Shown here in pieces: positions 54,017-64,000 of a stretch of DNA of 64,000 nt. Origin of the DNA: an uncultured delta proteobacterium (GTDB taxonomy: Bacteria > Desulfobacterota > Desulfobacteria > Desulfobacterales > JAFDCJ01); contig CAVYNY010000011.1 of assembly GCA_963769935.1 (NCBI GenBank), positions 96,001-160,000 on the forward strand. Direction: 5' to 3'. A program made the position numbers and the translations under genes. Below the pieces are notes generated by a model that did not search any database, had not been told where the DNA came from, and was given only the letters and a program-made list of their open reading frames with translations. Each line of letters starts with the position of its first letter. Positions within the stretch are counted from its first letter, which is position 1.

Positions 54017-54652
54017 CTACCCGGTGCGGGGGGCGCCGTCCTCCGGCAGCAGCGTCGAGGGGTATTGCACGGCAGCGCAGTAGCTTCTCGTAAAATCGAT
54101 CAAATCCGGAAAAAATGACAAAAAGTTACTTTCCAGGCGATTGTAATTGTGGCTGATTTCCTCGATTGAACCGTTCAGTGGATTGTCCGGAGAGATGCGT
54201 CTGGCAATTCTTTCCATTGTAATTTCGACCCCGTCTAACGTTCCATACTTTATCAGCCAGTTTTGCCGTCGCATGCGGGGCAATACATCCTGCAGCAACC
54301 TGGGCGGCAGGATGCTGTGGTAGGTTTGCATAACCGTGTAGACATGGCCGGCAAATTCGCCGAGATCCACAGACGCATAAGTATTCCAGAATTTGGAAAG
54401 AAAGTGATCGTAGCAGATATCTATGATGATACCGGCAAACCGCCGCCGGTAAGGGCTGAACAGTTTGCGGCAATCGGCCGTTAAGACATGGGCGTCGGCA
54501 AAAGTATCAACCTTGCGATGAAAGATAATGCCTTGCTCAATTGCCCGGCTGTATCGATTTTCGATCTTGCCCTTGACAAAGTCTCCCAGTAAGCTGCCAA
54601 GGAGAAATTCGTCCGAACCGGCTGCCAAATATGAGTGTGCCAGATAATTCAT
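54017..54652 (-). CDS. acpH: ACP phosphodiesterase (AcpH/DUF479)
   Basis: MNYLAH, G..LGDFVKG, HR.VD.F.D.H, D..YDHFL, F..FFPDL. Confidence 0.92.
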   Translation of the reverse strand: MNYLAHSYLAAGSDEFLLGSLLGDFVKGKIENRYSRAIEQGIIFHRKVDTFADAHVLTADCRKLFSPYRRRFAGIIIDICYDHFLSKFWNTYASVDLGEFAGHVYTVMQTYHSILPPRLLQDVLPRMRRQNWLIKYGTLDGVEITMERIARRISPDNPLNGSIEEISHNYNRLESNFLSFFPDLIDFTRSYCAAVQYPSTLLPEDGAPRTG

Positions 54653-55251
54653 TCGTGAGGTCCCCTAAACTCCTACAGCGTGATGGCGTGATGGCCCGCC
54701 CCGGTGCGACGTACTGAGAAATTAAAGCACGTTTGCCCTGGTTGGAAAAAAAATAGCTAAAATTGGGTTTATGTTAAAAACGGTCTGGGCCAGGATTCTT
54801 TACATAGGCGTTTGACGCTGAAGCCTGATCGAATGCTTAAAAAGGAGGAGCCGCCAGACTTCATCGTTATATCAACCCGTTTTTGAAATTTTGTCAACCG
54901 GCAGATTTTTTTTAACTTCCATCCGTGAATCCATTTTCATCCTCACGGCATATATTGACATAACGTATTGGGCTATATAGCTTAAGAGCTCAGCGAGCTG
55001 ACACCAGGGATGGTATGCGCCGCACCCGCTTGAACCCAATCTGTCGGAAAATAATGAAAACGATCTTTGATTTGGGCTCTCGCAGAATCAGTTTTCGATC
55101 CTGAATATCAATCAATTGGGCCTAAAAAATTCGATAAAAAGCTTGACAAGAAATTAGGAGTTTAATTTTATGGCAGGTTGCCCCTGCGGTAAATTTGGCT
55201 GAAAATTAATCGCGGGCCAAATACTTTAAACCAAGCAAAGGAGAAAATACC

Positions 55252-56229
55252 ATGAAAAAGTTATTTGTTATTTTGGTTCTGGCGGTTTTTCTGTTCGCTG
55301 CCGGCCACGCCCTGGCGGCCACAGACATCAAACTGGCAGTGGTGACCAAACCGGGTTCGGCCCAGAACGTTGCCGCTGAAAAATTTAAAGAATTGGTTGA
55401 ACAACGCTCCAATGGGGATATCAAAGTCCAGATATTTCATTCGGGCTCGCTGGGAAACGAAACTGAAATTCTTCAGCAGGTGCAAATGAACTCCATCCAG
55501 ATGGCCATTGTCACCGGAGGGGTTTTTGACACATTCGACCCCATGGCCCGGGTGGTGAATTATCCGTTTCTGTTCAAAAACTATGACCAGGTCGACAAAA
55601 TTTTGGACGGACCGCTGGGAGGCGAGCTGTTGAAGAGCCTTGAAAGCTCGGGGTTCAAAGGACTTTGCTTTTCCGAAAACGGTTTTCGAAACCTTACCAA
55701 CAACAGACGGCCGGTCAAAACCGCCGCTGATCTGGAGGGGCTTAAAATCAGGGTCATGTCTTCTGCAATCCATAAGGCCATCTGGCAGGATTTGGGCGCC
55801 AACCCGACGCCCATGCCGTGGCCTATTTATACCGAACTGGAACAGGGCGTCATTGACGGTCAGGAAAATCCCCTGTGGGTCATGGAAGTATACAAATTCT
55901 ATGAAATCCAAAAATACATGACCCTGACGCGCCATGTTTATTCCTACCACATTGATGTGGCTTCGCTGAGCTGGTGGAATACCCTGGATGCCAAAACCCA
56001 GGAAACGATTCAAAAAGCTATGTATGATGCGGCTGTTTACCAGAGAAAAGACAATCGGTCCAAAAATGCGGACCGGCTGAAGTTTTTGAAAGACAAAGGT
56101 ATGCAGATCGAAGAAAATCCCGATATCCCAAGCTTTCGCGCGAAAGTGGCGGACATCCAGAAAATGGATTTATACCAGGATCCCAGGGTCCAGGCCCTGC
56201 TGGTCAAGATGATGGCCGCAACCAAGTAA
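55252..56229 (+). CDS. dctP: TRAP transporter substrate-binding protein
   Basis: Signal peptide; ENGFRNLT, DL.GLKIRV, QGVIDGQENP. Confidence 0.95.
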   Translation: MKKLFVILVLAVFLFAAGHALAATDIKLAVVTKPGSAQNVAAEKFKELVEQRSNGDIKVQIFHSGSLGNETEILQQVQMNSIQMAIVTGGVFDTFDPMARVVNYPFLFKNYDQVDKILDGPLGGELLKSLESSGFKGLCFSENGFRNLTNNRRPVKTAADLEGLKIRVMSSAIHKAIWQDLGANPTPMPWPIYTELEQGVIDGQENPLWVMEVYKFYEIQKYMTLTRHVYSYHIDVASLSWWNTLDAKTQETIQKAMYDAAVYQRKDNRSKNADRLKFLKDKGMQIEENPDIPSFRAKVADIQKMDLYQDPRVQALLVKMMAATK

Positions 56230-56264
56230 CCCCCATCATTAGTGCGAACCGCAAGGGAGGTGGC

Positions 56265-56750
56265 GTGTCTGTTCTCGACAAATTGAGCTTTGCCATAAAC
56301 AGCTGGATCGAATACCTGCTTTTCGGGCTGGGCTTGACCATGACCGTGGTTGTCGCCGTGCAGGTATTTTTCCGCTATGTGCTCAATCAATCGCTATTCT
56401 GGTCGGAGGAGCTGGCGCGCTATCTCCTGGTCTGGTTGTCATTTCTGGGGGCCTCGGTGGCCTATCGCCGCAAAGCCCATCCCGGCATTGATATTTTACA
56501 GGCAAAAATGCCGGGTGGGCTGCAGAAAATCTCGACCTCCATCGTCCACCTTGCATCCATGGCCCTGTTTGCCGTCATGATCTTTTTCGGATGCCGCTTC
56601 GCTTATTTCGTCAGACTGCAAATATCACCGGCCCTTTATCTGCCCAAGTGGATCGTATTCAGCATCGTTCCTATCAGCGGCTGTATTTTAATGATCCACG
56701 GTATCAGTTTTTTGCTGCAGGAACTGGCGGGAGAACACCGTGGCGACTGA
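56265..56750 (+). CDS. dctQ: TRAP transporter small permease
   Basis: QV.FRY, WSEELARY..VW..FLGA. Confidence 0.93.
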   Translation: MSVLDKLSFAINSWIEYLLFGLGLTMTVVVAVQVFFRYVLNQSLFWSEELARYLLVWLSFLGASVAYRRKAHPGIDILQAKMPGGLQKISTSIVHLASMALFAVMIFFGCRFAYFVRLQISPALYLPKWIVFSIVPISGCILMIHGISFLLQELAGEHRGD

Positions 56751-58020
56751 AGTTCTCATCTTATCCCTGCTGCTGCTGTTTGCAATCAATGCTCCCATCG
56801 CCATTGCCATCGGGGTGGCCTCCTTGCTGGCAATCCTGATTCAGGGCAACTTTCCGCTGATGATGGTTGTTCAGAAAATGTTCGGGGGAATGGATTCTTT
56901 CCACCTGATGGCGGTCCCCCTGTTCATGTTCACCGGGGTCATCATGGAAGCCGGCGGAATCAGCCGCAGAATTATCGATTTTGCCAACGCCCTTGTCGGA
57001 TGGCTGCCCGGTGGACTGGCAGCGGTAACGGTTGTATCGGCCATGTTTTTTGCGGGAATTTCCGGCTCGGCCGCTGCCGATGCCGCCGCAGTGGGTGCGA
57101 TTCTGATTCCGGCTATGAAGAAATCCGGCTATGAGTCCGATTTCGCAGCTGCCGTTCAGGCTGCGGGTGGTTCCATCGGGGTCATTATTCCCCCGTCTAT
57201 TCCGATGATTATCTTCGGTTTTCTGACCGGGGCCTCTATCGGTCAGCTTTTTGCAGGCGGAATCCTGCCTGGGATTTTGATAGGTCTCTCGCTGATTGCC
57301 GTGGCAACATTTATTTCCCATAAAAAGGGATATTCGGCCACCTCGGCTTTCACATTGAAAGAAATCGGGGTCACATTTAAAAGAGCACTGCTCGCGTTGG
57401 GCGCGCCGGTGATAATCCTGGGAGGCATCCTTTTCGGGATATTCACCGCCACCGAATCGGCCGCCGTCGCGGTGGTGTATGCGCTGATCGTGGGGATGCT
57501 GGTCTATAAAAAAATCAAGATCAGAGACCTTTTTCCGCTCTTCAGGGACGGAGCTATTACCTCTGCCATTGTCATGTTTATCATCGCAACGGCTTCTGTT
57601 TTCAGTTGGATAGCAGCCATTGAGGATATCCCCGCCCACCTGGCCGGATCACTGCTGGGTCTCACCCGGGATCCGATCTATCTGATGCTGCTCATCAATT
57701 TAATTTTGCTGATTGCCGGGACATTTGTCGAAACAACCGCCTCATTGATTCTGCTGGTGCCCATGATTACCGCCATGCTGCCATCGCTGGGCGTGGATAT
57801 GATTCAACTGGGTGTAATCGTTGTGACCAATCTGGCTATCGGAATGCTGACACCGCCGATGGGGATCTGTCTGATAGTTTCCTGTTCCATCTCCGGCGAC
57901 AGTCTGGCTGCCATCAGCCGCAGAATCCTGCCCTTTTTGGCCGTCTTGTTGATTGATCTGCTGATAATCAGCTTTTATTCGCCGCTTACCATGTGGCTGG
58001 CCCGGCTGGTGGCAAAATAG
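56740..58020 (+). CDS. dctM: TRAP transporter large permease
   Basis: SGSAAAD, IIPPSIPMI, G.FTATE, G.LTPP.G. Confidence 0.95.
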   Translation: MATEVLILSLLLLFAINAPIAIAIGVASLLAILIQGNFPLMMVVQKMFGGMDSFHLMAVPLFMFTGVIMEAGGISRRIIDFANALVGWLPGGLAAVTVVSAMFFAGISGSAAADAAAVGAILIPAMKKSGYESDFAAAVQAAGGSIGVIIPPSIPMIIFGFLTGASIGQLFAGGILPGILIGLSLIAVATFISHKKGYSATSAFTLKEIGVTFKRALLALGAPVIILGGILFGIFTATESAAVAVVYALIVGMLVYKKIKIRDLFPLFRDGAITSAIVMFIIATASVFSWIAAIEDIPAHLAGSLLGLTRDPIYLMLLINLILLIAGTFVETTASLILLVPMITAMLPSLGVDMIQLGVIVVTNLAIGMLTPPMGICLIVSCSISGDSLAAISRRILPFLAVLLIDLLIISFYSPLTMWLARLVAK

Positions 58021-58156
58021 TAAAGAATCCTGGCCCAGCTTCTTGCCCGCAGGCCTACAGCCCGGAGGGAGGGGTGGTGTTTGAAGTCACATAACCCATG
58101 GAATATTGGGCATGAAAAGGGGATGATGCTCTAATTTTATTTTCTGATCAGTGCCG
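58019..58156 (-). repeat. Second copy of the MITE-like repeat, with a 31-nt nested palindrome (58038-58068)
   Basis: Inverted match to 41985-42240; terminus CTGGGCCAGGATTCTTTAC also at 54785-54803 and, degenerate, near 28335 and 47443. Confidence 0.8.
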
Positions 58157-58177
58157 TATCCCAGGAAACGGATGATT

Positions 58178-59086
58178 CTATTTCGATAAAATTAGGCCAA
58201 TCGACAGCAGCACACTGAAGACAAGGGTCAGTTTCGCTGTGCCGGCAAGCGTATGATTCAATGCAGGGCCTCCCTGAGTTTTCCATACGATCCGATTTAA
58301 GCGGACCGCCAGCGGCAATGACAGGCCTGGCAACAGAATCCAGACTGAAGTTTTACCGTCGAGCCAGAAGATGGCCGGCAAGGCATATGCGCCGACCTGC
58401 AAGGCCGTGTATTCCAACCTGGCGCCGCGATTCCCGATCAAGACTGCCAGCGTATGTTTACCGGCCCGGCGGTCGGTTTGAATGTCCCGCAAATTGTTTA
58501 TCACCAGGATGGCTGTGATCAGCAATCCCTCCACAATACCCAGAAGAAAAACCAGCGACTTCAATTCGAGGGTTTGAACGTAGTATGTTCCGCCAACGGC
58601 AACTAATCCGAAGAAAATAAAGACAAACAGATCGCCCAGGGCATGCGAGGCCAGCGGATAGGGGCCGCCGCTGTAAGCGAGGGCTGCTAAAATCGAGCCG
58701 CTGCCGATAATTACTGCCGGCCATCCTCCCCGCGCAATCAGATAAACCCCCGGCAACAGCGTCATCACGAAAATGATGATCATAGCAGTTTTTACCCGGG
58801 CCGGCGGTATCAATCCGCTTTGGGTCACCCGAATAGGGCCCAGCCGGTCTTCCGCATCAATACCTTTTTTAAAATCGAAATAATCATTGGCCAGATTTAC
58901 CCCGATCTGCAGCAAAAGAGCGACTGATAAGGCCGCCATTGCCGGCAGCAGTGAAAAGCCCAGATCGGCATAAGCCAGCGCACTGCCCACAATCACCGGT
59001 GCCACTGCAGCGGGCAGGGTCTTTGGCCGCGTGGCCAGCAGCCATGCACTTACCGGGCCTGTCGTATCGGATTGGACTTGACTCAT
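58178..59086 (-). CDS. menA: 1,4-dihydroxy-2-naphthoate polyprenyltransferase
   Basis: RPKTL, QIG.N.ANDY.D...G.D, YSGGP.PL, NNLRDI.TD..AGK.TLAV. Confidence 0.95.
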   Translation of the reverse strand: MSQVQSDTTGPVSAWLLATRPKTLPAAVAPVIVGSALAYADLGFSLLPAMAALSVALLLQIGVNLANDYFDFKKGIDAEDRLGPIRVTQSGLIPPARVKTAMIIIFVMTLLPGVYLIARGGWPAVIIGSGSILAALAYSGGPYPLASHALGDLFVFIFFGLVAVGGTYYVQTLELKSLVFLLGIVEGLLITAILVINNLRDIQTDRRAGKHTLAVLIGNRGARLEYTALQVGAYALPAIFWLDGKTSVWILLPGLSLPLAVRLNRIVWKTQGGPALNHTLAGTAKLTLVFSVLLSIGLILSK

Positions 59087-59392
59087 AATTTTTCACAAAA
59101 TGGGGTGTCAAATCCTGATTAGTGATTAACCGGTGTTCTATAATCACTTTTGGAAGCACTACCCCATTATTCCGAAACAAATTACGATCTTTATTGTCAG
59201 AAACGATATTGCACTGCTGGTTGCCCCCGGACAATCCTTGATATAGAGACCCTTAATATTCGATTCTCCATTTAGAAAAAACTGCGGCAATTTGGCAATT
59301 ATCCGCCATGCAAGCCTTGCCCCGATCTTCTTTCCGTTTGCTGATTCGGAGCACGCAGACAGCCGGCGGGACGGCCGGTCCTGCTGATTGGC

Positions 59393-60316
59393 TTATGCAA
59401 GCTCCCTTTCCCACTGCTGCAACTGTTCGATGGTTGTCGTGCTGCCTCCGCACACGATTACCAGAACTGATTTGCAGGTATCAAGCTCCGCTAAACCGTC
59501 ATAGATAGTTGCGAGCGAAGCACCGCACGCCGGCTCGACAAGCAGGCGATGGTCCGCCAGGAATCTTTCACATGCGGCTACGGCCGCTCGATCCGATACA
59601 ACGACACTTCGTATCGGATGTTTTTTTGACCAATTGAACGCCTGCTCACAAACTTTCCTGGCTCCCAAAGTAGTCGCAATGCTGGAAATAGCGGGCAATT
59701 CAACCCGGTATCCCGCCCGAACGGACTGCGCGAAGGAGTCGGCGCCTTGGGTTTCAACGGCAATCACCGGCACATCGGTCCAGCCGTTGCGATGCAGTCC
59801 CTCCAAGACGCCGCACAGCAGCCCGCCGCCGCCTACCGATAAAACGACAGCACCGGGCTTCACCCCGGAGGTGGCAACTTCGTCAATCAGGCTGGCATGC
59901 CCCCGCCAAATCAGAGGGTCGTCGAACGGATGCAGGAATGCATCGGACTTTTCCACCAGCGACAATGCAAAGGCATTCGCTTCCTGCCAGGAGGTGCCAT
60001 GGACGATAACTTCGGCGCTTTCCTGAAGGATAAGGGCTCTGGCTTTTTCAGACGTTGTCTCGGGCACCACGACCACCACCGGCACCGATAGACGGCGCCC
60101 CGCGTAGGCCACCGCGATACCCGCATTGCCGCCGGAGGATGAAATAAATCGCCGGGCGCCGCGGCGCAGGTATTCCCGGCACGCCAGGCCGATGCCGCGG
60201 ATTTTAAACGAGCCGGGCGGCTGCAGGGCTTCGAGCTTCAGCAGGACGGTCCGGCCGGAGCGCAGGCTAAGTGCGCGGGACTCGACAAGCGGCGTTTCAA
60301 TGTGTAGATGTTCCAT
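59393..60316 (-). CDS. PLP-dependent L-serine/threonine dehydratase
   Basis: QP.GSFKIRG, SSGGNAG, HPFD, SVGGGGL, VEPACGA. Confidence 0.92.
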   Translation of the reverse strand: MEHLHIETPLVESRALSLRSGRTVLLKLEALQPPGSFKIRGIGLACREYLRRGARRFISSSGGNAGIAVAYAGRRLSVPVVVVVPETTSEKARALILQESAEVIVHGTSWQEANAFALSLVEKSDAFLHPFDDPLIWRGHASLIDEVATSGVKPGAVVLSVGGGGLLCGVLEGLHRNGWTDVPVIAVETQGADSFAQSVRAGYRVELPAISSIATTLGARKVCEQAFNWSKKHPIRSVVVSDRAAVAACERFLADHRLLVEPACGASLATIYDGLAELDTCKSVLVIVCGGSTTTIEQLQQWERELA

Positions 60317-60379
60317 TAAATGGGGCCTCGGATGGGGGTTTGCAACCACTTCCAGGTATTTTAAGTAATCCAGCCATAG

Positions 60380-60745
60380 CTAGCTCGACAGCCAGGCCTC
60401 TGCTTCTGCTTTCCGTTCTCTGGCAAAAGCCTTAATTTCCAGACCCGGGAAAAGCGCACCCTCGAATTCACTTACCTTTGCTATCCAGGTTTTGTCTGTT
60501 AATACTGCAGCGCGGTCGAATTTTTTTATTAAACCGAGCATCGAAGGCAGGCGGGAAAATTCAATTGCAATTGCACTAAGCGACGGGAAATGGAAATCTA
60601 TAATTTCATATAGCATTTTCCCATTTTCAATATTCTCCGACTTGCGGACAAGTTCATCCAACGCAATTTTCATTTCCGCAGTGTCTAATTTCCCGCTCAA
60701 CTGGATATCTAAACGATTTTCACCGTTTTTTTCTACTTTAAACAT
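60380..60745 (-). CDS. STAS/SEC14 (SpoIIAA-like) domain protein
   Basis: SGKL, F.R.AVL.D..W, EIK.F......A.AWL. Confidence 0.85.
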   Translation of the reverse strand: MFKVEKNGENRLDIQLSGKLDTAEMKIALDELVRKSENIENGKMLYEIIDFHFPSLSAIAIEFSRLPSMLGLIKKFDRAAVLTDKTWIAKVSEFEGALFPGLEIKAFARERKAEAEAWLSS

Positions 60746-60781
60746 AACCTTTCTCCTCATAAGATTAGAGATCACGGCTTA

Positions 60782-60938
60782 GGGTTCACGAAAAAATTAA
60801 TTCACAATTTTAGTTGAGGCGCCCGGACGGCAAGGCGCGAAAACGCAGGAATCCGCCGCGGCGGATTCGGAGCTTTCGCAACCCAGCCGGGCGGGATGCA
60901 TCGGCGTATAAAATGTGAAGTTATTTTTGAGTGAGCCC
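60782..60938. mobile_element. MITE (157 bp) with imperfect terminal inverted repeats and TTA target duplication
   Basis: TTA|GGGTTCACGAAAAAATTAATTCACAATTTTA ... TAAAATGTGAAGTTATTTTTGAGTGAGCCC|TTA. Confidence 0.8.
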
Positions 60939-61093
60939 TTACTTTACACCCTTTTTATCCTGAATACAAAACCTTGCTGCGGACCCATCCGATTAAGGTC
61001 TTTTTTTCCCGCAACCCGACACCCTGCTGGCATATTTTGTGCTGTTGCCTGCATGGAGAATCTGTCGTTAAACCAACTTTACGGAGGGTTCTT

Positions 61094-61708
61094 ATGGATA
61101 TCAACGCAGTACAGCGATCCTGCGGCATGGTGCCGTCTCAGAGACCGGCAAAAGCTGCCTGCCGCGGCAATAATTTACCGGCGGGGGCAATAAACAGCGG
61201 CACAGCCTGCAAGGTCGACCTGTCAGCCCGGGCGAAGTCCTTGTCCGGACTGCCGCCGCTCATGTTTCCATCGCGGGAAAACGTGCAGAAGCTTTCCGCT
61301 TCTCTTGCCGGAGATCTGAAGGAGCTTTTCAGCCAGGCCGGAATCAGTTCAACTCCCCCCGTTGAGTTCACCGTGGATTCCTACACGGGGCAGGTCGGCG
61401 TCAAGGGCAATCGACCGGATGCCGGTCAAATTGAGGACCTGATCAAAGAAAATCCCGCTATTGAGCTTCAGATCCACAATGTCGCAGCGATGAGCAGCCA
61501 TGTCGTTGGGCTGGAAAAAGCCATGGAGGCCGCCCAGGCGTACCGGGCCGCAGAGAGTGCGGCTGAAATCGACCAGGTTATTGCCAGGTATTCTTCGATT
61601 TACAATCAAAGCGGCCCACCCCAGGTTGTCGATTTTTCGCTGGTCTTCAATGGGGAGGATGTTCAGGTACACGCTGATGGGGAACCGTGGAAATCTTTCT
61701 CGGAATAG
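61094..61708 (+). CDS. Hypothetical protein
   Basis: GGAGG RBS before ATG 61094; 204-aa ORF; no family recognised with confidence. Confidence 0.7.
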   Translation: MDINAVQRSCGMVPSQRPAKAACRGNNLPAGAINSGTACKVDLSARAKSLSGLPPLMFPSRENVQKLSASLAGDLKELFSQAGISSTPPVEFTVDSYTGQVGVKGNRPDAGQIEDLIKENPAIELQIHNVAAMSSHVVGLEKAMEAAQAYRAAESAAEIDQVIARYSSIYNQSGPPQVVDFSLVFNGEDVQVHADGEPWKSFSE

Positions 61709-61731
61709 TTTCGTCGGAAAAGGAATCTGTA

Positions 61732-62481
61732 TTATGCCCCCCGCATGTCAACGCTGAGGCGCTCGAGCAAATCTGCCGTAGCCAAATGGCCGGTTATCAT
61801 AGCGTCGTGCCCGGTTGCGAGTTCAACAATGGGCCATCCGGCCGCCTTGGCCCGCCGGCGGCACACGAAGGTCGGTTCATAAATTGGATCGGTGCAGGAA
61901 ATATAGCATGCCGGCAATCCGTTCCCAACCGGGCCTTCCAGCTTCAATTCAGAAGTAAACGTCGCCAGCGGGTGAGGTGTCAGCCTGCTCGCCAAATACC
62001 CAGCATCTGCGGGATCGAAAACACCGAAAGATTCCACTGGGGGGACTGGCAGACTGAGGCCCCTGCTGCTTTCCCTGGCAGCCTGGATACGTTCTTTCAC
62101 GATTTCTTCCGGCAGCAGGCCGAACCAGGTCTCCCCATCTTCAATGATGGCTGCATCCAGATAGATCAAACCTGCGATCCTTTCGGGCACCGCATCAGCA
62201 GCCCCGGTTATCGCCGCTCCGCCAAAGCTGTGTCCGACGAGAACGACGTCCTTCAAGTCTTGCCACTTCAGATGATTGACGATATCATCGACGAATACAG
62301 ATAATGTGACAGATTCCGATAGCAAGTGCGAGCGCTCACCCAGGCCCGTTTGCGTGGGCGTCGTTACTGCGTGTCCGTGCTGTCGCAGAATGTCGGCCAC
62401 GCGCTTCCAGCACCAGCCGCCATGCCAGGCGCCGTGAACAAGCACAAATGTGGTTGGCTTGCTGGATTCTGCCACTGTCAT
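61732..62481 (-). CDS. Alpha/beta hydrolase (methylesterase-like)
   Basis: FVLVHGAWHGGWCW, VGHSFGG, TGHDAM. Confidence 0.93.
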   Translation of the reverse strand: MTVAESSKPTTFVLVHGAWHGGWCWKRVADILRQHGHAVTTPTQTGLGERSHLLSESVTLSVFVDDIVNHLKWQDLKDVVLVGHSFGGAAITGAADAVPERIAGLIYLDAAIIEDGETWFGLLPEEIVKERIQAARESSRGLSLPVPPVESFGVFDPADAGYLASRLTPHPLATFTSELKLEGPVGNGLPACYISCTDPIYEPTFVCRRRAKAAGWPIVELATGHDAMITGHLATADLLERLSVDMRGA

Positions 62482-62495
62482 CCCAAATTTCCCCT

Positions 62496-63566
62496 CTAAT
62501 TTAATTTCACACCACGCAACACGATGGCATCTTCCGGACAGACCTCATGGCAGCAGAAACAACGTATGCACTTTGAATAGGTTATCTCTGCCATCCGGCC
62601 TTTGACCGCGACCGCTTGCTTGGGGCAGATGTTTTCGCAGGCCCCACAGGCTGTGCATTTATCCGTAATCACGGGGCTTTTTCTTGGAGGCTTTTTGCCG
62701 GTAAGCAGATGATCGGCCGTATTGGGCAATCTGAACCCTTTATAGGCAACATCCTCGGGGGCATGAATCGGATAGTCAATCCTCTCAGGCCACATTCCGC
62801 GAACTTTAGCTCTTTTAAGTGCCGGTATGGCCACGGGCTCGACTCCCAGAATCCTGCATACCGCAATGTCCAGCGCCACATTATCTGTCGATGCCAGAAC
62901 TAGACCCATTTCTACGGGATCGCCGCTTCCGGGTCCTTGGCCTTGCATCCCTATAATACCGTCCAGGATGTATAGCTGCGGCTTCATGATGGTAAGAAGA
63001 TCCAGCATCATGTCCGCAAAGTTTTCTTTGCGTGGAAACATAGCATGGTATTTTGCCTTGGTGAGACCGGGAACGGCGCCATACATAATCTTGGATGCCA
63101 GTGTCAAATACTGATAGGAGTGCGTTTTAAGTTTCGGCAGCGCAATGACCTTATCGGCATCAAGCACATAGTCACAGATGGCAGACCTTTGCAAGCGCTT
63201 GCCTTCCGGGATATCAATCCTCTTGACGCCTGTATCAAAGTTCAGAGGAATCTTTTCTTCGCCTGCCATCGCCTCGAGCCCTGACCGCCGATAGGCCTTT
63301 TGAAGGCTTCTTTGGGAAAAGGTTCCCGCCGGTGAGTCGCCGATATACGGTTCTCCTCCCGCCTTTCTTACAGCCTTGGCCACTGCCCGTACAAATTCAG
63401 GGTGTGTGGTCACGGCCTTTTCCGGCGCTTTGGCGGATAACAGGTTAACCTTGAGGAGGACTTTATCGTTCTTTTTTACAAACTGCTCCATACCCCCAAA
63501 GGGCGCCAGGAGGGCTTCAATCCCCGGATCGGAATAGGTTGTCTTAATGATGCTGACCTTTGCCAT
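62496..63566 (-). CDS. DUF362 domain protein with C-terminal 2x[4Fe-4S]
   Basis: VLLK.NLL, TTHP, PKLKTH, CTACGAC...CP, CIRCFCCHEVCP. Confidence 0.92.
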   Translation of the reverse strand: MAKVSIIKTTYSDPGIEALLAPFGGMEQFVKKNDKVLLKVNLLSAKAPEKAVTTHPEFVRAVAKAVRKAGGEPYIGDSPAGTFSQRSLQKAYRRSGLEAMAGEEKIPLNFDTGVKRIDIPEGKRLQRSAICDYVLDADKVIALPKLKTHSYQYLTLASKIMYGAVPGLTKAKYHAMFPRKENFADMMLDLLTIMKPQLYILDGIIGMQGQGPGSGDPVEMGLVLASTDNVALDIAVCRILGVEPVAIPALKRAKVRGMWPERIDYPIHAPEDVAYKGFRLPNTADHLLTGKKPPRKSPVITDKCTACGACENICPKQAVAVKGRMAEITYSKCIRCFCCHEVCPEDAIVLRGVKLN

Positions 63567-63694
63567 TTCTTTATCCCTCCGGCAAACGAATTTGACTTGT
63601 GAAAAAGTCCGGTGCCAAATCCCGGCAGGCAGCTGCCCGGGCATGGTTTTTAAAATTTATAATTCGGTAATCTGAAAAATGAAGGGTTATTTTC

Positions 63695-64000
63695 TTAACT
63701 TGCTTCGTTTATTGAAAAGCGGTCACCGTGGTCCGACCCCACTTCCGGACGTACTACGTGCGCCACTGCGATCCGGTAGAACTCGTAGCCTCGCATATGA
63801 GCCGCCGCGCGTCCAAAGCAGCGGCTGCGGTACTCAGCAGCGCCAAGATTTTCGTCGAGCACAAGGCCCCGACTTGCAACATAGGCGAACAGGTGCGACG
63901 GCTCCCAGCCGAATGTCCACCGCTCGTTCGCGTTGCGCAGGGTTGCAAACAATTTGCGGGTCCCGTAAAACACCTCCGGCGTGTCCAGTACGTGCCGATC
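63695..64000 (-). CDS. SAM-dependent methyltransferase (LCM/TIGR00027-like), C-terminal part; runs off window edge
   Basis: E.WTFG..P..L..Y...RGL.L, YEFYRIA.A tail. Confidence 0.6.
   Translation of the reverse strand, partial: DRHVLDTPEVFYGTRKLFATLRNANERWTFGWEPSHLFAYVASRGLVLDENLGAAEYRSRCFGRAAAHMRGYEFYRIAVAHVVRPEVGSDHGDRFSINEAS

Noticed and set aside
40852..57639. Long antisense ORFs (e.g. 40852-41802, 48553-49527, 55261-56013, 56761-57639)
   Set aside because: Shadow frames of well-supported genes in GC-rich codon usage.
60993..61022. Sigma28-like promoter before the hypothetical gene at 61094
   Set aside because: TAAG...CCCGACAC deviates too much in sequence and spacing to support a call.

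Overview
A 64-kb chromosomal window that looks like an anaerobic Desulfobacterota (Desulfobacterales-like) genome; this is inferred from gene content and repeat families, not from a database match. Most of it is ordinary accessory metabolism, transport and regulation: aldehyde:ferredoxin oxidoreductase, Fe-S/DUF362 proteins, hydrolases, an MCP, TRAP transporters, a hybrid kinase, an acyl-CoA ligase, aldo/keto reductases, menA and acpH. It also has many gene remnants and several single-base frameshifts. No rRNA, complete tRNA or CRISPR array was found. Five things stand out. (1) 29.5-31.3 kb: an operon encoding a cytidylate-kinase-like domain fused to a PD-(D/E)xK-like nuclease domain, translationally coupled to a variant HPRT and followed by an unannotated ~157-nt rod-shaped RNA with its own strong promoter. 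(2) Five copies of a 31-32-nt palindromic mini-element that inserts cleanly after YYYTC, including into other mobile elements. (3) 12.0-14.1 kb: an integrase-less integron cassette cluster (BrnT-BrnA cassette, ORF-less cassette, group II intron 3' remnant in an attC) bracketed by decayed Y1-transposase copies. (4) 31.4-38.9 kb: a sigma54 activator flanked by two -24/-12 promoters driving a Tat-exported metallo-hydrolase/membrane-protein operon and a flavoprotein disulfide reductase. (5) An orphan plasmid-type replication initiator and a tRNA 3'-end att scar. All protein family calls are from motif recognition by eye.
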